Source: the human T2T-CHM13v2.0 reference genome, Homo sapiens
Strand: one strand, 5' to 3'
Length of the DNA stretch: 64,000 bases
NCBI RefSeq assembly: GCF_009914755.1
Contig: NC_060930.1
The notes under the pieces were generated by a model that was given only the letters and a program-made list of their open reading frames with translations, did no database searches and was not told where the DNA came from. Position numbers and translations under genes: made by a program. This document shows positions 55,161 through 64,000 of this stretch, piece by piece (position 1 is the stretch's first letter; each line of letters begins with the position of its first letter).

Positions 55161-58100
55161 GGATTGCCGTATGGAACAGTGCTTAGAGGTATTTTTAAAA
55201 TTGCATCAAAACCGTAGATGGTTAACATGACCTAATACCCCACTCTCCTCAGAAGTTCAGGACAATGCAAAAGCATTGGATGAATCACCAGGAAATGTGA
55301 GTTTTAAGCCTAAATAACAAATTATCTAAGCCTAGTTTCCTCATCTGTCTACCTCCAGGAACTGTTGTGAAGAGCTGCAGGTGAAATTAATTGATAAGTG
55401 GTAAAATTTACTCACGTAAGCTTTTTATACCTTTTCATTCATACATATTTACCTTGGGAAAAGAGAGAAATGAGTAGAAGTAAAATAAAAGGGAAGGAGA
55501 GAAATGTCATAGGTGTACCAATAAATCTCTGCAAGATTTCCTTTGACATCCTTCTGTAGCAATATGGTCTACTGTCAAACAAACGTTTCTTTAAGGGACT
55601 CTCTAATCTCTACCCTAAAGCTCTCATCCTGAAATAATGTCCCAAATATCATAACCAATTTGTTTTGACCACTAAACAGGCCACTTTGTTGTTCCTACAA
55701 TAAGCCAAAAATCATATTATAACCCTAATTAATACTCATGATGATGGGCAGGCACTAATCTGATATGTAATGACCAATAGTTACAAATCCTTAATAGGTA
55801 ATTTTGCCATACTCAGCAGTTTTGTTATCCAAATTACTTTGCTCAAACAACGGTCACCCCATTTGGCTTTAACTCCTATGGCGTGAGACCAACCCAGCCT
55901 AATGCTTTCTTGGTGACTAGCTCTAGTTCAAGGGGCAGCATGTCCCCTAGGACATAGGAAGTCTCGGATCTACTGGAAAGACATCATCACATACTTTACT
56001 AGGAATAAGAGAAATGATGACTAGAGGCTTCAATGTCAAGTTTATTTTCTCAGGAATGGGGGTGTAGTACAGGATAGCTAGGTTTTCCAAAGCAAGTTCA
56101 CAAGCCTTATAGCTTCAGTCTTATGAACAATCTATCTTTTGACATTTTTTTTTTCTCAAAGGTGTTCTGGAAAGCAGAGAATGTGGGAACATAATAAACA
56201 TGAGTCATATGGAGGTGGAGGACCCCCCACTAGGGGCCTGGCATTTGGAGATAAATAGACTGTGAGAAGGTTACTGAAATTGCATTTGACTGGCCAAGTT
56301 CTCTTTCAGTGGAGTAGCAATGTGAAATAAAACGCAATACAATGGCTCCGAAGGATTGTTTGTAAGGATAAATAGGACAGGAGACAGACTCTCATGTGCT
56401 ATGTTTTTCCCATTTCAGATTAATTTAAAAACCACTTATCTAATAAAAAATTTACTGTTAATTGATACAAGTTAAGTACTACTACTGTTAGTACTATTAA
56501 GTACGATTAGTACAGAAGAGATTTATTTCATCTCGTGCTGTTTGGAAATTTGACATCATTCCTGGCTTTCACCTCACCCCGCCCCCCCATTATAATCCAT
56601 TGGAAATGGGACAGCGACAAGAGCTATTTAATGTGTCACAACACAGAGTGAGGGGAAGAAGTGCTGGAAGTGGAGGCTTTTCAAAGAGTGGAGGAAATAG
56701 TGAAGCATGATGATTACAGAATATGTTTTTTTTTCCTTCTTTCTCCCTCCTTTTTTGTATGAGCTTTGTTTTTGTTTTTGTTTTTGTTTTCTTATTTTAT
56801 GGCTAAAGTGTTATTCCTAAAGGGTGTGTTCTTTCAGGTTTATGGCCCTGACTAATGGAATTGCTCTAAATAACATTTTGATCTTGTAAGGTCACCCAGA
56901 GTGCTATACCTTTCCTTTAATGAGTCAGGTCTGGACCAGGCATTTCCCAGAATTGAGATGGTAATGAAGTCATTAGTTTCTTCCTACTTGAAGCCCTGGC
57001 TAGAAAGCAGAATTCTATGGGCAAAGTCTGAGTGGGCTTTTTTCATAAATCTCACACCCAGCTGAGCTGTAACACCTGTTACATTTTCCCAGGAGCTTGA
57101 GCCATAAGACCATTTCCAATCTATTTGCTCTTCTTCTTCCACAGGACACTGACAAAGGCAGGGGTCCCTGTTTTCTAAGGCACTGCTAATTGAAAATCTC
57201 TGGCTGGTGCAAATGTGAGCTCAAACCCACAAGAGTTCCAAATAAGGCCCCAATGATTATTTCCTCCTCTTTTTAAAAATAGCCTTTATAATGCAGGTTA
57301 TACAAGATTAATTTGTTCGAGGGAAAAATAGTCATTGAACCCTTGCCCCCAATAAACTTTTGCTTTCCATGCACAGTTTTTTAAAAAAGAAAGAAAGGAG
57401 AGGGGAAAATAATAAAACCCAGAGATCAGCTAACCCTACAAGCCCTGTGTTTGTGGGAATTGAAGGATGGGGGTAGCATTAAAGTGTGTTTGCTTTTGCT
57501 GTGGGCTTTTAAAATCTTTCCTATTTATTAATTTTGAACACAAGAATTGGGAACAAAATTGAGTCAGATGATTGTGCAGATGTAAAGTGATTACAATGGC
57601 AATGGAAAGTTTAAAAGAAAATTGTATTTTCATAACCTGAGTAATTAAAAGAAGAGGCAATTTCCCTATAGAATCCTTGAAAGGAAAAAAAAAACACGCA
57701 TCCATCAATAGAAAAGATGGGCAACTCCAGCCCTAATAGCAGTGGGGGGGGGGAACCCTGAAAAACAAGGACAGGATTATGTGTCAGATGACATTTAATA
57801 TAAACACATTCACGATTACATATTGCTCTGGGAGTCCGAACACCCTAAGGGTGTGAGTCTTGAAGTCAAAACTTTTGAGACCCACAAGTCATAACACAGC
57901 CAGTTATCAACTGTTCCCTGTAGTCCCACCAACTGCATTTTTCACCGAAATCCCCTAAAGAAACAAACTGCCTTTGAATTCTGTACTGTGCTTCATTGGT
58001 TATTTTTTTGTTTCTTTGTTTGTCGCTTTGGGGATTTGTTGTTGTTGTTTTTAAGTATATTGCTTGTATTATTGTCATTGTTTGAGCTAGGTACTTTTGT

Positions 58101-58199
58101 ATATCTCATTCTTAAGATACATTCTCTTTAACTATTTTCCTGCTTGTCTAATAATTGAGAAGACAGTCTCAGCTTTTTACTATGAGGAGGGAGTATTGA

Positions 58200-58604
<405 letters not shown>

Positions 58605-59277
58605 TCAAATAGTTTTAATTCTACTGTGACATCTATATATAGGTCTAAATCCAATCGTGAAAAGAGCTGAGGTGACCAGAACCTTCAATACTTACTGAAA
58701 TAGTTCCTAAACCATATACGAGTCCCTAAAAAATAAATTTGGATGCGTATTTATTGAAAAGGAAAGAGGTTCACAATCCATCACTGAGGAAAAAGCTTTT
58801 AAATGGACCCACTTGAAAGTTGTCATCGTTTGGCGGGTCGAAAATGTTCAAATATTTGCAATTTCCTATTTTAACTTAAATATTATGCAAGACAATATGA
58901 ATATTATGATCTGATTTTGTTGTTTTTTAATATATACTCTGAAAATTTAGCAGCAGTTATCCTTGGGATGGGATTATGGGTCACTTTTAATTCGTTTCCT
59001 CTTTTGGCTTACCTATATTTTTTACTTCTTCAGGAATAAATCCCTGGGTTTACCCTCAAGCTCCAGTCTGAAGCTAGCCAAAATATTTGAGAAAATATTA
59101 GTCATTTCCTTGTGGCTGCTGTCAATCTTCATCCCCATTCTCAGCCTACTTGTACTCTTCAGGGTTGTTGAGTTTTTTCCCTATCTGTATTTCAGCAATT
59201 CTAACTATTAATACATAACCCATAGGGTTTGACACTACAACGAGTCAAACAATCTGATAACTTAAAAATCACATTGG

Positions 59278-59613
<336 letters not shown>

Positions 59614-60289
59614 CTACAATTGACCTGGATTTCTTTTTTTCTACCTAAACCCACTATAAATATAATATGTCACAATTCTGTCCAAAGAATTTTACGTTCC
59701 TGTCCACTGCACTGAAAATTAGAGATAGGCTCTCACAGAGGAAAAGCCATGCAAAACAAAGACTCTCAACAGCCTGAATGGAAATTTCTAGAAAAAATAT
59801 GGTTCAGGTGGTAACTTCTTATCCGTTAAGAAGGACCAGTAACACTGATTCTGTCAGACATATCTTCTCTCATTTCCAGAAGTTTGGATTATTTCTAGAT
59901 TTTTCTATCTCTTTCTCATCACCTACTCCTTTAGTTCCCTGCTTATCAAATGAGTGCTTTTCTGGCTTTACATTGATCATCGCCAATTTTTACTTTTCTT
60001 CTTTCTTGTTTTATTTGGCCATTGTTGTCCAAGAGAGCTAAACTTTGCCATCCTGTTTTGCCAATAGATTCTATCATTTATTTCAATATTTCCTGTCAGA
60101 TATTAGTACCTGACTTGATGGATTTTCTATTTTGTATGTGTTAGTAATGAATATTAGTGTTTATAATCTTCTTTAAAGCTCAGAATTTATTTTAAAGGGA
60201 ACTATTAAATCTTTAGGTTGGTGATACTGATCTATGTTTTAATGATGGAAAGCTGGGGAAAAATAATTTTAAATTAAACCTCACACCAT

Positions 60290-60440
60290 TAACAGAGGCA
60301 GCATGAAGTGTTAGAAATTAAATTGCTTGTAAGTGGAGGTTATAACCCAGGTTCTGTAACAAACTCTGGGTGACTTTGAGCATGTGTCACTTAACCTCTT
60401 TGGGCCTTAAGTATCATCATCTGTATGTTAAAAGATTTTC
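60290..60440 (+). mobile_element. MIR
   Basis: gaggcagcatg...gggtgactttgagca...tcacttaacctctttgggcct...catctgta. Confidence 0.65.
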
Positions 60441-63424
60441 AAGAGACAGAACATAGGTCTCTCTATTTCTGCTTTTGTTTGGCTCTCAATCCATTAATCC
60501 ATAAATCCTCTTTGAGCTCCTGTGTGACTCTGATGCAACATTGATTGTCTACAATGACCAATAGCCAAGATCCACCCGGCCTGTGATTCCCACAGCTGTG
60601 AGACTCAGCTCTGAATCTTGAGTTGCCAAGGCACAGAGATTCTCTTATTATTTCTTTACTATTTCCTAATGGCTCTTTTGGTTTTCAAGGCACAGAAAGA
60701 ATTCTCCTGACAGATGCTTCCACTGGGTGCAAGTAGCCCTGCTGCATAAACTTCTCCTATGCAACAGCTGATGGAGTTGAGTTTCACTGTGTCCATAGAT
60801 GTCCAACACCATATTTAGGAATTTCCCAGACTCTCATTCTTCCCCAAATTCCCACCCAAACTGCACCCCTGTGGAACAGAAGTGAAAATTGACTAAGAAT
60901 GTTATTCAGAATCAAATGGGAAAGTTTCCACAGCTCCAGGTAATAAAAGTAAAAAGACAGGGTGATCTTTGAATTCCTCTGGAGAAAAATTAAAATGTTC
61001 TTTATTAGTTGCTATAGTGTCCAAGGAAAGCCTCCTCTCACCCTTTTTTTTTTTTAAATAAGGGCTTCTCCTTCCTACACAGTTCTTTTAATACAAGTGA
61101 AAAATTCCAAATTCCTCATTTGTTTAGCTTGAAAATCCCCTGCACATTCCCACAAACTACTTCCTTTTCTCTCTTTTTAGCAAGACTCCCCTCTCTTTAA
61201 TGAAGAGAAGTTCAGAGGGTTTTTCCCATGAATAGATGGCAGGCACCTGGGAGTTATGAATTTTAAAGTGATCATTTTCTTTCAGCCATGCTGGACAATG
61301 GGCATCTCCTTTTGACTCACTTTCACAGCTTTGAGAGGCTCTCAGATCAGCCACATTCCAATCGGACTGGAGTCAGATCAGAGCTGTGCTGGACCGCATC
61401 AAGGTCTCGCACAGAAAGACAAGGAGCAGATGGCCGGCACCGAGCCCTCCTCCCCCTTTCAGCGTGCAAAGGCAGGCAATGTGGGAAAGCGTTCGCCCGG
61501 CATTGCCTATTGATCCCTGAATAGAACCACCGCATGCCACCAGCCTGTAGGTATGAACCTCTGTTAACAGATGGTGAGATCATTATGAGCAATTAATTCC
61601 TTTAATGTATCAGTGGGAACATGTTGGAAAAGATGATGCAAGCACTGAGTGAATAGTGAACTTCTCACTCCTGGGGGAGCACGCAGGATCTACCTTGGGG
61701 GGTGCTGGGAATATCTTCCCAGGCTGCATCTATATCCCAGGCTGGAGACAGGAGCTGGGAACTGACTCCACAGAACAGAGGTGTGGTTTTCATTAACTAA
61801 TTGTGAATCCTTGCCTTTCTTCATGATTAATGCCAGATTTGTCTCTAGGTCATTTTTATGTATACATAAGAATCATCCAAAACACAGAAACAAACAAAAA
61901 CAATGTTGGTCAGTAAGTCCAAGATGCATGGGGAATTGTTTCACAGAAATCAGCAAAGTATCAGGTCATGGGTCACATTTGCTAAACACAAATATGGTTG
62001 TGACAGTTCTAAATTGAAAATAAATGTTGCTTTTGACAAAGATAAAAGAATGATAAAAATATGCACAGCCCAGCATTGGAGTAAGGAAGACAATGTTTGG
62101 ACGTGTTATAAATTAGTACTTTTAAAAGAGGATTTAAAAAAAAAATGAACCCACATATATAATGAATTGGAGCAAATGACACATGTAGCAAATTATTTCC
62201 CCCAGCATAAGCTGGAATAATTTTTAGATCTCAGTAACAATATGAGAATGACTATCAGTGGCCAACTGAAAAAACCTGGTACCCTGTTATTCAGAAATGG
62301 CTCTGAGTACTAATCAGTGCAATAACAATGGCGTTTTTACATGTTTCCCGACTTTTTTTTTTTTAATATTTCATAGTGGAGGTGTTTTTCTTTCACAGGA
62401 AAAAGAAAAATCTTCTAACACAGTATGGATCATTGGGCAGAAGACAGAAAATACAGAAACAGGAAATACAGGCAACTATTCACTTAATTCATATTTAAAT
62501 GACACTTTCTGCTTGTAATTAAGACACTCAAGTAGTGTCTCTGTTCATGAAATTTACATAACTGTACAATAGCTTGCCTAAATGAACAGCAAATGGCAGT
62601 TAACTTTGAAGTGTATTATCTTAATTGAATAAATCTGGCTTTAATTCAATAAATTAAAAACATAGAAAAAATATCGCAAAGACTTTTAAAAACAGACTTG
62701 CCACCCCCCATAAATACAGCATGGTACTGTTTATAGCTGTGTTGGAATGCTCGGACATTTTCCAGTATGATTTTAGAACTCTAAAAGCATTCCGGTACAC
62801 ACTCACTGTTTTTCCATCATTGTTTCCAAAGCAAATCAATGTCACTTTCTGGAAATCATTGATAAGAATATCTGAACACGAAATCAAAACACATAAGCTT
62901 GCTTATATGAGATGGTTCCTCATCTGGGCTTCCAATTTCTCCATCTCCATGGGAAATCTGGTCTTTCTCTTTTTCAATTCTGTATCACTGAGTGTCCTAT
63001 GACATAGAGAAAAGACTAAATAGAGGAAAATCGTTTTCTTGCATAGGAAATACACGTTCCCATCACTTTTCCATTTAAATCAGATTTACATGGATCATAA
63101 ATCCCTTCAGCATAGGAGAACTGACAGAAGATGCTAAATTCTCCCCTCCCAAAGTTTGTTGCTTTAATCAGCACCATCGTGTTTCAGTGATTATATAGTT
63201 AAGGAGAAGAAATCATGCAATATGTTTTTATTTGCATGAAATAAGTTAATTAGGCACCACCTGTGCCTTGTATCAGTCAACTAGGGGAAAAAAAAGGCAG
63301 GAGAACACAGGTGTTCTAAGAGCATCATAGTAGATTTTATACATTAACTTAAAAATTCTAAAACCTAAAATCACTTATCAGAATCCAGCAGCGCATATTG
63401 CTAAGGAATAACCCATGCACGATT

Positions 63425-63440
63425 GCGCACGCACACACAG

Positions 63441-63471
<31 letters not shown>

Positions 63472-63477
63472 CACACA
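63425..63477. repeat. Interrupted (CA)n microsatellite
   Basis: Seen directly. Confidence 0.95.
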
Positions 63478-64000
63478 GATATAAATAAAAATCGCTGTGA
63501 AGAAATTCCTGGTTTCTTGGCTAGCAAGAAAAAAAAGGTCGTAATTCATTCTTTCCTCGTTCTCACAGTGTTCACTATTGTACCATCTGCAATATACAAT
63601 GTACATGCTCAGCCATAACCCATACGGCTGGAAAAGAAGCATTCACACTGTGAATTACCATTTTTCCCAGCATCTAGCTCTAGTCAAAGACAGCACAATA
63701 ATAAACTAGAAGCTCCTTTGTCTGTTAAACATTGTTCTTCATTACTACATGAAAAGCAAATTGTCTTTGTATAGAGGAAGAGTGGCACACACGGCCATGG
63801 GAGTGGGGGAAGGGATTTGTCTCTCTCACTGACCACCTCACAGCCACGGCGGCCATTCTTCTTTCTCCACTTGCCCACCCAACTATGCCTTGGAAATTAC
63901 TTCATCTGCAAGCCCATTGGGGATAGATCCCTTGCTCCATTGAGTGAGATGTTGGATTAGAGACTCATGGTATGCTTTTACACTGAATGTCCTGACACTT

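Noticed and set aside
63302-63317. AGAACA-cagg-TGTTCT, and AGTACA-tt-TGTTCT near 50018, as steroid response elements
   Set aside because: Spacers are 4 and 2 nt; GR/AR/PR/MR elements need 3 nt.

Overview
Primate, almost certainly human, non-coding genomic DNA. It is AT-rich and carries about 28 Alu copies, young and old L1 fragments, L2/MIR, ERV solo LTRs and hAT/MITE DNA transposons. I see no convincing protein-coding gene: the only recognisable coding sequence is the ORF2 C-terminus of a 5'-truncated young L1PA, and the other ORFs are repeat-derived or chance. The functional centre is a CpG island at about 33.1-33.8 kb. It has a minus-strand CCAAT+TATA core promoter and SOX-OCT/FOX/octamer motifs, and lies next to an ETS/PU.1 cluster and a MER41 LTR with two intact STAT GAS sites. 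Well-formed minus-strand splice sites downstream suggest a spliced non-coding transcript. Several rearrangement scars can be read directly: a ~280-bp templated local duplication inserted into a MIR, a candidate L1 3' transduction, a trimeric mosaic Alu, a triple-nested L2>Alu>L1 insertion, a 45-bp tandem duplication and fold-back hairpins. I cannot place the locus on a chromosome from sequence alone. Repeat subfamily names and boundaries come from recalled consensus sequences and are approximate. I do not claim a new biological system; the findings are ranked candidates.
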